Assembly: GCA_950097015.1 (NCBI GenBank) | Contig: CATNEN010000038.1 | Span: 31,000,001-31,064,000 of the forward strand | Direction of reading: 5' to 3' | Length of the DNA stretch: 64,000 bases | Source: Macrostomum hystrix | Lineage: Eukaryota > Animalia > Platyhelminthes | Part shown: piece after piece, positions 1-10,070 of the stretch | Numbering within the stretch: position 1 is the first letter of the stretch | Layout: each line of letters begins with the position of its first letter | Translations under genes and position numbers: made by a program | Notes under the pieces: model-generated | Seen by the model: only the letters and a program-made list of their open reading frames with translations | Told to the model about the DNA's origin: nothing | Database searches by the model: none

Positions 1-1580
1 ACCTAGTCCCTGAGCCTAAGGCTCCAGATCATAGCAGCAGGCAACTACCTGCTAGTGCCCTTAAGCGCAAGCCACCTCTTTAGGTGCGCTCCAAATTGAG
101 CCTTGAGCTCCCTGCAGTCTGGCCCCTTGCCAACTGTACTCAGCAATCCCCCACCTATTCCCCTGTTCATTTGCATTCCCAGCGAGACCAACGGCCTGCA
201 GCCTGTCAACCAGCATCGCAGATAAGTAACCCGCGTAGCGGACTTTTATTGCTATCCCTAAGGGATTTATTACTTAGCTAGTGGGCAATCGGGGCGAGGG
301 CAGGATTTGATTCTAGCCTAATAAACTATTATTCATCTTAGTCGCCAATCATTTAACTATTAGGCAATTTAGTAACAATTTAAATCACTTTCTATCATGC
401 TGTTATTTCCCCTTTATTTTATCATTAGACAGCCCTCAATCATGAGTGGCTAATTCACTAGGGGTGGGCTCTGGTGATGCCGAGCCGAAAGCTGCGGCAG
501 GAAGACAGCTGTGAGCGCGCATGAGAGCAATATGGAGCTAGGGATTTGCGAGCTAAATGCGGGATGTAGCGTGTGCATTTCTGCCTACGAGGTGGGGGAT
601 TCCTTGGCCGGCTTTCCTCACTCTCTCGGCGGGTTCCAGTGTATGCGTCAAGTTCCTTTGCCAATTTGAATTCTCCCTCTTTTCCCCGCCTTTCGCAACC
701 GCGGCCATGGGAGCGAGAGGCGTGATCTAATAATTTCCTGCTTGCATAATCACTCAGCCAGTGTTCAGCTTAATCTCTCCTGCCTCTGTTCTCCTCAACT
801 CACACAGAATCGGCTTGCTAGTTATCTAATGAGTAGGCTGCAGTCTAATGTACGGAATGTGTCTAATGTCTCATGAGTAGGATTCTGGCTATGGATTTCT
901 CATTCGGGTTCGGAGTACCACCTTCCTAGACCACTGTAGCGCAGTTTCAGGAATCCCCTTGTGAGGCGTGACTCGATCCATTCTGGGGTTCTCACCCTAG
1001 TCTAAAACGGAAGTTACAGAATGCTCTATTTTTCGGCTTGTCTAAGATCTGTGTGACAAACTGGGAGCTGCGAGCTCCGGGGACCCAAGTTCCCAAATGT
1101 CTGCGGTGGCAACGTAGGCGCATTGGGTGGTGGCGCTACCTTCGATCATTATCCGCTTGCCGATAGCCTTTCCGCATTTCTAAGACAAGAGCCTAGGCCG
1201 AGTCGACCACTGCTACCAAAGTTAGGAGTCAGTTACGAACATGCTACTGACGGCAGTAGGCTATCTAGCCCTGTCCTATTCGCTTGCGGGTAGTCCGACA
1301 TCTATTTAGACTTTTAGCCGGTTTCGAGCACTGCTTGGGGTGGGCACGGCAGTCATGCCTGTGGCCTATGGGTTGGGTGGGACTGGCCAGCCTGAGGCCA
1401 ATAGGACCACTCACTTGCATCCTTTGTACCGCTTCATCTCTCCCTTCATCCCTCCCTTCGTCATCCCTCTCTGCGACAGCTCGCGGCAGCAGCGATCGAC
1501 CTCCGACTCTATCGTCGTTTTCCACACTCCTATCTTTCATGAGGGCGGTCATCGGCTAGCAAAAGACCCGCACTATTTCA
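1..1580 (+). repeat. 5' LTR (partial, cut by window start)
   Basis: Matches 10712-12291; ends in CA immediately before the PBS. Confidence 0.95.
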
Positions 1581-1581
1581 A

Positions 1582-1602
1582 TGGTGGCATCGAGGTGGGA
1601 TT
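1582..1602 (+). promoter_or_regulatory. Primer-binding site, probably tRNA-Leu
   Basis: TGGTGGCATCGAGGTGGGATT starts 1 nt after the LTR end and resembles the complement of a tRNA-Leu 3' end (TGGTGGCAGCGGTGGGATT). tRNA identity is from memory and imperfect. Confidence 0.7.
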
Positions 1603-2905
1603 TAGAAAGGGCGCGAAACGAACCTGAATATTTTTCAATTGTTAGTTTAGCGCCGCAGATTTCTGTGGTAGTTAGCCGTAAGGGCTTCTTCTAGATTTCA
1701 TTTTCCGTATGCCTAAATCTTATCTCTAGAGACTGGACTTCAGTTCGAGTAACCGTCAAATTAATTTTCCGAACAGTTACAATTTGTTTTCAATTTAATT
1801 TAGGCTTTTGTTAGAGTTTCCAAAATTTCTGATTAGTGACTTTCTACTAAGAGTAGGCTGTGTGAGCGGACTTCATGCTAGAGTGTCTTCGGGTTATGTG
1901 GCTGCTGCAGGAGTCAGGGACTGTCTGTGGGGTTTCCCGCGTGACTGTTCTGGGAGGGGCCAATCTTAACGAAGGACCGGGCCATGCCGGTCAGGCCTCC
2001 TAACCGAGCGAAGTGAGCCCCCGGCAATGCAGCCGGGAACCGATGACTCGCTGAGCACCGGGGGTTGGTTCTCTTGGGCAGCTTGTAGGCCTGCTTACGT
2101 GTACCTGATTCTGAAAGTGTCACATAGCTTTGATCAAGTCTGACTTTGGTGGGGGACAGTTAGGGAGGTGGGACCTTCTGGGAGGTCTAGCGACCCCCGT
2201 GCCCGCCTCTCGAAGCTGCCTACTTTAAGTATGGGCTAGAATTCGGTCGGCGCGTCTTTCTAAGAAACTCTCTGAGGGATGGTCTAAACGGAGAAACCGG
2301 GCTCTAAGCCACGGGCCCCTAACCGAGCGAGGTCTCAGATGTATAATTCCTGGGATCCCCAGCCTCGTAATCGCGGAGGCGAAGCCCCCGGCCATCCCAA
2401 CCGGGAAGGGCCCTCTGAGCGAATCGGGGATTAGCCTTCTTTGAATGACTTTTTGAGTCGCGTGCTTTCCAAGGTAGGGAGATAGGCTGCTGCAGGCGCA
2501 AGCTTGCAGTAGTACTGGCCCCGCCGTACCTATAGTGTAACAGTCTGCTATAGGGTTGCTGAATGAGTGCTAGGTTAAAACCTAGACTTCTATGTCCCAA
2601 ACTTAAGTGCGCGCAAGCAGTTGTCGGTAGCCAAGGCTGGAAGCAAAGCTAGCCAGGGCCCTGGGCCCTTTTTCTCTCTCATTGACCTTTGATCTCATCT
2701 TTGCTGCAGGATTGTTTGCTAAGAGTAGGGAATTTGCTCGCGTCATCAATTAGGGCTGGATTTGACAACTCAGGCCCATTCTCTTTCCCTCTCGCACGAC
2801 CCCCGGTCGTGATCTGTGTTCCCCTTTCTCCCCTTCCCCATTGTTGCATTAGCGACAAACACCCCTTTTCAATTCGCAAAACCCTCATTTCTCTTTTGGC
2901 CGAAA

Positions 2906-5900
2906 ATGTCCGACCAGGAGGATGAGGTCGTCGAGGCAATCGGCGCCCCCCGTCCAATCAAAAATCGGGCTGTCTCCGCAGAGAGATGCCAGGAGAGGCG
3001 CCCCCTTCCTGCAACTGCAGCCTCGGATACCTCTAGAACGGATCCGTGGAAGGTCCATCGGCACCTTCTTGAGATGCTACAATCAATTAAGTCCGATTTG
3101 CAATCGCTTAACGGCCCAGTGCACTCCCCGGGGTCGTGGCACTCGGTTGCCACCCAGACGGAAGGTGAGCGTCCACAGGTTGTCAGGCCGGCGTACGGTT
3201 TCCGAATCCCGGTGGAGCCATTCGACCAAGGTCGCACCGACATTGCCTCCTGGATGCTTCGGCTGGAGGCAAAATTCCAATTTGAGGAGGTCGCCGATGA
3301 TAAGGCCAAGAACGTGACCTGTTACAGCCTGCTGCCGGAGGAGATGCAGCTAGAGTGTCTCCTGACGGTTGATTTTGATGGCCCCTTTGAGCACTTCCGA
3401 GCCAAAGTGTTAGACGGCTGCCTGGATTCCAGGTTGCCGTTAACTAAGAAGCGCACGGTCGAGCGCCTGCAGCCACGTTCAGGGGAGACTCCTGAGGTGT
3501 TCCTAGTGCGGCTGAGGAAGCTCGTGGAGTGGGCTTATGCCGAATACCCAGAGGACTGGCGACAGAACGAGCTCAAACGGCTCTATCTGCAGAACGGCCA
3601 CTTCGGCTACAACTTTGCCTTCGAGGCATTCCAGGCGAAGGACTGGACCCCGGAAGGCACGGTGTTTGAGCAGCGGAGGTCCGAGGAGGCTGACCGCGTC
3701 GCGCACGAACTCGAAAGCGAGCGACTAAGTTCAGCCTCTGAGGGTGCTTCGGTGTATCAGAGCTGTGCGTCCCCGGTGAGCAGCCCTCCTCGAGCCGCGG
3801 TCAGGGGGGTAGAGGCAGCTGACGAAGCTGGCCCCGCAGAACTCAGAAATGGAGTGGAGAAGGTGGGAGTCGGCTCCCAACTAACGGCTGAGCAGGAAAG
3901 GCAGCTGGGAGACTTGTTGCGGGCCAACGCCGACTTGTTCGCCGACCAGGAGGAGGACCTGACGGTCACGAGCGTGGTCCAGCATGAGGTCACGCTGACT
4001 GACCCCCGGCCCGTGAAGTCGGCGCCGCGGAGGATTCCCCAGGCCTACCTCGAGGAGGTGCAGCAGATGGCAAGGGAGTGGTTGGAGACCGGGAAGGTCA
4101 GCCGCTCGACCAGCTCTTACTGCTCGCCGCTGGTGCTGGTCAAGAAGAAGGACGGCTCTCTACGGGTCTGCATCGACTATAGGGAGCTCAACGAGCGGAG
4201 TGTGTCAGAGGTCACGCCGCTGCCACGCATCGACGAACTGTTGGCATCGTTGCATGGGTCCTCTTACTTCACCACCCTGGACCTCCGCAGCGGGTACCAC
4301 CAAGTGCCCATGCACGAAACTTGCAAATCATACACCGCATTCGCCGTCCCGGGAGTCGGGTTACTGCAGTGGAATGTGATGCCATTCGGGCTGAAGGGTG
4401 CACCAAGCACATTCTCCCGCTTGATGAACCTGGTGCTGGCAGGCGTGCCACAGCATGAGGCCATGGCGTACATCGACGACGTCATCGTGCACTCTGCTAC
4501 CTTCGAGGGACACCTAGTCCGGCTCCAGAAGACATTCGATCGTCTTCGGGCGGCTAATTTGAAGATGAAGCCATCAAAGTGCTTCCTCGCGCAGCCCGAG
4601 ATCTCTTTCCTCGGACATACGGTGTCGGGAACAGGCATCGCGACTGACCCTCATAAAACATGTGCGTTGACCACGTGGCCACGGCCGCGTACAGCCACTG
4701 ACGTCCGCTCATTCTTAGGCGCGGTGGGCTACTACCGTGATTTCGTGCCCGAGTACAGCCGCCTCTCGGCACCTCTTTGTGAACTCACCAAAAAGGGCCT
4801 CGTGGATATAGAACCCCTCTGGGACGACCGGCACGAGGCCGCGTTCGAGGAGCTGAAGGCGCGGATGGTCGAGGCGCCAGTGCTGGCCCACCCGAGTTTC
4901 GAAAAGGGCGCAGGGCGTTTCATCCTCGACTGTGACGCCAGTCTGGAGTCCTTGGGGGCGGTGTTGAGCCAAGAACAGCCGGACGGGACGGAGAGGGTCT
5001 TGGCCTATGGCAGTAAGGCCTTATCCGCATCTCAGCGGAACTACTGCGTCACTAAGTTAGAAATGCTGAGCCTCGTGTACTTCACTAGGAAGTACAGGTA
5101 CTACCTACTGGGCCGCCGGTTCTTGGTCCGAACCGACCACAGTTCCCTCCAGTGGCTGCGGAGCTTTAAGGAGCCAACTGGCATGTATGCTCGGTGGGTG
5201 CAGCACCTGTCGCTATACGACTTCGACCTGGAGTATAGGAAGGGCAGCCTCCATACCAACGCCGACGCATTGAGTCGCCGGCCTAGACAGAGACACGGAG
5301 ATTGCCCCGTCTGTCGGCCGCTGGAGCCCGGCAGCGAGGAAGAAAGTGAGGACGAAGGGATGGTGGTAAACGCCGTCGCGGCAGTCATGGAGCCGCCGCT
5401 GCAGCCCGAGGAGCTGCTGGCCCAGCAGGTCGCCGACCCGGTGATCCATTGGATACTGCAAGCGAAGGTCAACGGTCTGGCCGCCCCAGTTCCGGCCGCG
5501 GTCCCGGAGTTGACCGCCAAGCAGAAGGTTGCGTTGAAGAAGGTGGTGCCCTACTGGGACCTCTTGAGAGTGGAGGAGCAGTTGCTCAAAATTCAGGTGC
5601 ACGCTCCCCCCCGGCCGCCGCTGTGGGTGCTCCCAGCAAGCCTCGACGAACAGGCTTTTCACTCGTGCCATAACGGGAGTTTAGCCGGGCATTTCGGGCG
5701 TCAAAAGACTCTGGCGCGTGTCGCCCAGCGGTTTTGGCGACCAGGACTCCGCGCTTCGATGCAGAAGCTGTGCGCGCAGTGCCACGCCTGCCTGTGCAGC
5801 AAGAAGGGCCGCAGAGCTCAGGCTCCGCCGCAGCCATGGGAGAAAAGCCCGAAGTTCTCACGGATCCACCTAGACTTTGTCGGCCCCCTCGGTCGCGGCG

Positions 5901-7045
5901 GTCAGAGCATCCTCACGATCGTGGATAGCTACTCCGGCTGGGTCGAGGCGTTTCCTGTGGCCAGCCAAACCGCTAAGGCAGTCACGAGGATCCTGTCCAC
6001 AGAGTTCATCCCACGGTTCGGGGTGCCCGATTGGATCCACAGTGACCAGGGCGCTCAATTCGAATCGAGCCATTTCCGCGACTTTTGTCGGAAGCTGGGC
6101 ATTCGAAAGACCAGGACCACGCCCTACCACCCACAAGGCAACGGCATGGCGGAATCCCAGCACCGCACCCTGAAGGCGCTGTTGACAACGGCCGTGGGCC
6201 GACACCACGAGAAGTGGAAGGCTCACCTGGGCGCTTGCCTTGCCGCCATGAGGTCCGCCGAACACTCCTTGACCGGATTTTCACCTTTCTTCTTGGTGTA
6301 TGGGCAGGAAGCCCGGCTGCCCGTAGACGTGGCACTGGCCGCGCCGGCCGAAGCACCTGCGCCCCATCATTACGCGGAGCAGCTCTTGCAGAACCTGGAG
6401 GAGGCTCAAGTGCAGCTGCAGGAGCAATTTAACCAGAAGCTCCAGGCGCAGGCCCGAATGGGGGACAGGCAACGAAAGACGGAGCTCGAGGTAGGGGCCG
6501 TTGTGTACCTGGCCCGCCATCAGATCGAAGGCTGGGAGATTCCCAAATTTCACCAGGCCTACTCGGGACCGTGGAAGGTGGTCGCGAAGCCGGGCGTGTC
6601 GATTTACGACGTCGCGCCGGTGACCCCGCAGCCCGGCCGACAACAGACATACCGGGTGCACCGCGACAACTTGCGCGCTGTCCCCAAGGAGGCCGGGGAA
6701 GTCCGACCAACCCAGGAGGCGGGCGAGAGGCAACCAAGGCAGGTGCAGCGTGGGCCCGGGCGGCCACCCGTGCGGCCCAGGCCAGCCTCACCCCCGCCGA
6801 GGATGTTAAGGGCGGAAAGCGAGCCCGACGACCAGTGGAGCGACGGCTCCTCTGATTCCGGGGAGTACTGGATTGACCTCGAGGAGCCGCCGCCGCAAGG
6901 GATGGACGAAGGCCCGCGGGTGTTGAGGCCCCGGGAAGGCATCCGACCCCCCGAGCGCTGGGGCTATGCCCGGAGGATTCTCCTCGGCGAGCCCGAATCT
7001 GACCCGGAATCCTGGGCGAGGACCCACGGCCACGACCCAGGCTAG
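2906..7045 (+). CDS. Gag-Pol polyprotein (Gag capsid-like, RT, RNase H, integrase); no aspartic protease motif seen
   Basis: First ATG at 2906 (MSDQED). RT: SPLVLVKKKDGSLRVCIDYR, LDLRSGYHQ, MPFGL, YIDD. RH: DCDAS, TDHSSL, NADALSR. IN: HHCC, HLDFVGP, HSDQG, NGMAE, GPW. No stops or frameshifts. Confidence 0.96.
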   Translation: MSDQEDEVVEAIGAPRPIKNRAVSAERCQERRPLPATAASDTSRTDPWKVHRHLLEMLQSIKSDLQSLNGPVHSPGSWHSVATQTEGERPQVVRPAYGFRIPVEPFDQGRTDIASWMLRLEAKFQFEEVADDKAKNVTCYSLLPEEMQLECLLTVDFDGPFEHFRAKVLDGCLDSRLPLTKKRTVERLQPRSGETPEVFLVRLRKLVEWAYAEYPEDWRQNELKRLYLQNGHFGYNFAFEAFQAKDWTPEGTVFEQRRSEEADRVAHELESERLSSASEGASVYQSCASPVSSPPRAAVRGVEAADEAGPAELRNGVEKVGVGSQLTAEQERQLGDLLRANADLFADQEEDLTVTSVVQHEVTLTDPRPVKSAPRRIPQAYLEEVQQMAREWLETGKVSRSTSSYCSPLVLVKKKDGSLRVCIDYRELNERSVSEVTPLPRIDELLASLHGSSYFTTLDLRSGYHQVPMHETCKSYTAFAVPGVGLLQWNVMPFGLKGAPSTFSRLMNLVLAGVPQHEAMAYIDDVIVHSATFEGHLVRLQKTFDRLRAANLKMKPSKCFLAQPEISFLGHTVSGTGIATDPHKTCALTTWPRPRTATDVRSFLGAVGYYRDFVPEYSRLSAPLCELTKKGLVDIEPLWDDRHEAAFEELKARMVEAPVLAHPSFEKGAGRFILDCDASLESLGAVLSQEQPDGTERVLAYGSKALSASQRNYCVTKLEMLSLVYFTRKYRYYLLGRRFLVRTDHSSLQWLRSFKEPTGMYARWVQHLSLYDFDLEYRKGSLHTNADALSRRPRQRHGDCPVCRPLEPGSEEESEDEGMVVNAVAAVMEPPLQPEELLAQQVADPVIHWILQAKVNGLAAPVPAAVPELTAKQKVALKKVVPYWDLLRVEEQLLKIQVHAPPRPPLWVLPASLDEQAFHSCHNGSLAGHFGRQKTLARVAQRFWRPGLRASMQKLCAQCHACLCSKKGRRAQAPPQPWEKSPKFSRIHLDFVGPLGRGGQSILTIVDSYSGWVEAFPVASQTAKAVTRILSTEFIPRFGVPDWIHSDQGAQFESSHFRDFCRKLGIRKTRTTPYHPQGNGMAESQHRTLKALLTTAVGRHHEKWKAHLGACLAAMRSAEHSLTGFSPFFLVYGQEARLPVDVALAAPAEAPAPHHYAEQLLQNLEEAQVQLQEQFNQKLQAQARMGDRQRKTELEVGAVVYLARHQIEGWEIPKFHQAYSGPWKVVAKPGVSIYDVAPVTPQPGRQQTYRVHRDNLRAVPKEAGEVRPTQEAGERQPRQVQRGPGRPPVRPRPASPPPRMLRAESEPDDQWSDGSSDSGEYWIDLEEPPPQGMDEGPRVLRPREGIRPPERWGYARRILLGEPESDPESWARTHGHDPG

Positions 7046-7249
7046 GGAAAGGTAGCTCCCGCTGCGGGTGCCCCGAAGCACTCACTCGGCCGTGCTAGGC
7101 GACCGAGCCCCACTGGGGACCTCGTTGGGGGAGCGATCCCCCATTCTGTCACCCTTTTTGCTCCTTTTCTCCTATCGTGCACGCCTTCTCTTTTTCATCA
7201 AAGCCGCCTTGGCACAAAAATCTCACACAAAAATTCTTATAATTTTAGC

Positions 7250-7860
7250 CAAAACCGCAAAAATACACATAGTGGGGTGAAATTCCCCTGATACTTTTTA
7301 CATAAGATGCTTCTCTAATTGTAGCAAACTAGGGTATGCACCTTCTTTTCTTAAAGAGCATTTTACTTTAATCGCACCACATCATGCATGGCACCTCTGC
7401 CTTATCTTGTTCATATTGGTGGGTCCGTGGGAGTTCAATTTAGGACAACTTCTAAATTAGGAGGGACACCAACCCGCTAAAGTGAGCGGGGTGGTATGCC
7501 ATGGGAAATTCTATGTTTCTTTAAGGGAGGGAAGGCGGTTTCAAATCAAAAAGGCCATCTCGGCGCCAAAACCTCTTAAAAACTTATATAAACTAATCAA
7601 AATCCAAAAACATATTTAGTGGGGTGAAATTCCCCTTCGTAAAAATTTTCGCATGAAACATTTTCGTAATAACTGCCGCAAACTAGGGTTCGCACTTACT
7701 TTTCGCAAAACTTGCTTATCCTACATGTTCTCTATGCTTGGTTTCGGGAGTTTAGCTATGCCGGCTTCTATTTAGGGGGTATACCAACCCGCTAAAGTGA
7801 GCGGGGTGGTATGTTTCGGGAGTTTTTCTTAATGTTTGTTTAAAGAGTGGGCGGTTGTAA
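7250..7860 (+). repeat. Two diverged ~315-350-bp direct repeats with conserved hairpin blocks in the retrotransposon 3' region
   Basis: TAGTGGGGTGAAATTCCCCT at ~7270 and ~7617; AAACTAGGGT at ~7326 and ~7680; identical 31-mer ACCAACCCGCTAAAGTGAGCGGGGTGGTATG at 7468-7498 and 7783-7813. Confidence 0.85.
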
Positions 7861-8309
7861 ATCAAGAAGCCGGTAGGGTCAGGTATTCAAATTCTAGGGG
7901 AGACAATCTGGCTGTTTCAATGAGCGGCAGATTTCAAAATGATAATTTTTCTTTTGTTAGGGCTAGAAAAGACAAAAAGAAACATTATTTAGGAGCCAGA
8001 AGCTAGCAGCTAGGAGTTCAAATCTAGGTACCTAGGTAGTAATAAATCGTATGAATTAAGGTTCCAGACGTTTCAAAAACTCATTAACAGTCTATCAGTT
8101 TTTTTGTTACTAGGCAGTTGTAAAATTTGAGCAGTGGTATTTCATCTAAGAAAGGAAGTCGGACACAGATGGCGAATTCTCGTTTTACATTTCCAATGGT
8201 GGCGTTTGCTTTATTCGTATAGAAAGTTGGGTTTATTTGTACAGGGCACAATGGCAGACACGCATATGGTTAGGTTCAGATTAACGAGTCAGCAAGTGAC
8301 CTTGGGTTG

Positions 8310-8947
8310 TCACAGCAGGAAAACCAGTACCAGCAGTAAGATGGCCGCGAACGCCACTCCGGCAGCCAGGGCCGTGCCCAGCGGGCCCCGAATGAAACTA
8401 GAAACGATGGCCGCCAGGTCGGCCTCCCGGCCTTCGGGCACGTTTATGTCTGCAAAAACAAGGTGGAGGAGTAGTTTAGTGAGGCGCAGTGGCGTTCTGC
8501 AGGCGGAAGTTTCAAATGGTGACACCCAGAGTGTGGGGGGGAAGTGTAGGTTTATCAATGCCAACTTACTCATCACAAACGACACCGATATGGGGCCACC
8601 CGACGCGGTCCGGCGTCGAGGCTCCGGTTCGAAGGCACCGAGCGGGTAGCTGCTGAAAGCGAAGAGTGGTGTAGTCCGATTAGGAATGGAAGAATAGAGG
8701 TGGCAATCGCAGACTAAGTAACTTTCAATTTAATCAATCATTAACTCAGGAAGGGTTCCTTTTTCGCAGTTTTGGGGTCGGGGTCAATTTCAGATTCTCG
8801 GGATAAATGGCGTGCCGTGGGTAGGGGGAACTCTAGTTATCCTAATTATTATGACATAACCCGCGCAATTATCCTTAATAACCGGCCTTGGGGGGCCGAG
8901 TAGAAGCAAATAACTCACCTTTCGTCTTCAGGTTGCTGCTGGGCCAT
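8310..8947 (-). CDS. Predicted antisense three-exon accessory gene inside the retrotransposon; 83-aa protein with C-terminal TM helix (exons 8947-8919, 8652-8570, 8449-8310)
   Basis: Minus strand: ATAATGG start; donors AG|GTGAGT (8918) and A|GTAAGT (8569); acceptors CTCTTCGCTTTCAG (8653) and TTGTTTTTGCAG (8450); phases join in frame; AATAAA at 8232-8237 and 8210-8215. Confidence 0.72.
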
Positions 8948-9127
8948 TATGTAGTCAAGACGTACGCGATAGTTGGTATCGATGCTGGTCACAGTGTAGA
9001 CTTAGATGGCAAATGTGTAGTTTTTCCTTCTTGCCGTTAATCACAAGGATGTTAGGTTCAGTATGGCGGAATTAGCAGTTGTTTAGGAGATAAAGAGGCT
9101 TTGGGTTAATGGGGCGTCAAGTGTTTG

Positions 9128-9177
9128 CTTTTATAGGGCTAATTTAGGGAGACGTGGCGGTCTAACCGCCAGCCAAT
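9128..9177 (-). promoter_or_regulatory. Putative antisense core promoter: TATAAAAG (9135-9128) plus CCAAT (9173-9177)
   Basis: Canonical TATA ~180 nt upstream of ATG 8947, with no other ATG in between on the minus strand. Confidence 0.6.
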
Positions 9178-10060
9178 GGGAGCAAAGTGGGAATTCCGGG
9201 CAGAACCAGTTTAGGGGGCTCATGGTAACAGTTTAGTTGTTGGGGCCCTGACCTTTTCGGTGAGGAGACACCTCGGCCGGCAACAGCATCACAAGCGGCC
9301 TGAGCAGCGGTTTCCCCAGCTGCGACCAGCTGCAGCGCCGATTGGGCCGCGCGCAACGGCTAGGCAACCGGCCCGACGAGAATTTTCGGGCCCGGCCAGC
9401 TGAAAACACCTGGGCGCGCGGCGAATCAGAGGCTACCACGGCCCGGCAACGGAATCGGGAAGGCGCGAACGGACCAACCAACCCGGAGCCACCTGGGGAA
9501 GAGCACGGCCGGACCCTCGGACTTAAGGAGAAAACGGCCGGAGCCTCCCGGGATTGCGCAACCGAGACCAAGCCGGGCAGGGAAAGACGGGGACAGCTGC
9601 AGCCACCTGGAGGAGAAGGCGAATCGGGACACGGCACCCCGGGACAGCGAGAACAACTCTAACTCAGCCGGAATGCGCACCCACCTCCCCTCAGGACTCT
9701 ATCCCTTAGTTGCTAGGGGCGCCGACCTTTACACTCTCGCACACAATCTATTTATAGCAGTATTGTTACGTACGATGACCTAGGATTTCTTCTCTAGCGG
9801 ATTTCTTCTTAAGGTTCTTTACGGTATACAGTAGGGTAATGTAAGTTTTTGCCCCCTCGATTCGCGGCACACCCCACTACTGACAGTAAGCACGTAAGTG
9901 CCTTACGTGAAAGTGAGCAAGGGCGGTGTGATGTGGAGTGTACTTCGGAATCGAGTGGGGTTGTGAGCCAGCCAAATTTTTCCATTTTTAGCAAGTTAAT
10001 AATCGCGACCCACATAGCAGCTGGCCGCAGAACACCATCATTAATCTTAGGGCCAGACTT

Positions 10061-10070
10061 GGGGCGGAGG
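10061..10070 (+). promoter_or_regulatory. Polypurine tract
   Basis: GGGGCGGAGG immediately before TGAA, which is the inverted partner of the LTR end TTCA. Confidence 0.7.

Noticed and set aside
2869-7085. Many short ORFs overlapping gag-pol
   Set aside because: Shadow ORFs of a GC-rich coding region; no motifs.
8134-9680. Sense ORFs 8134-8649 and 9342-9662 as env
   Set aside because: Non-ATG starts and no signal peptide, fusion or TM features; the minus-strand spliced model explains the region better.
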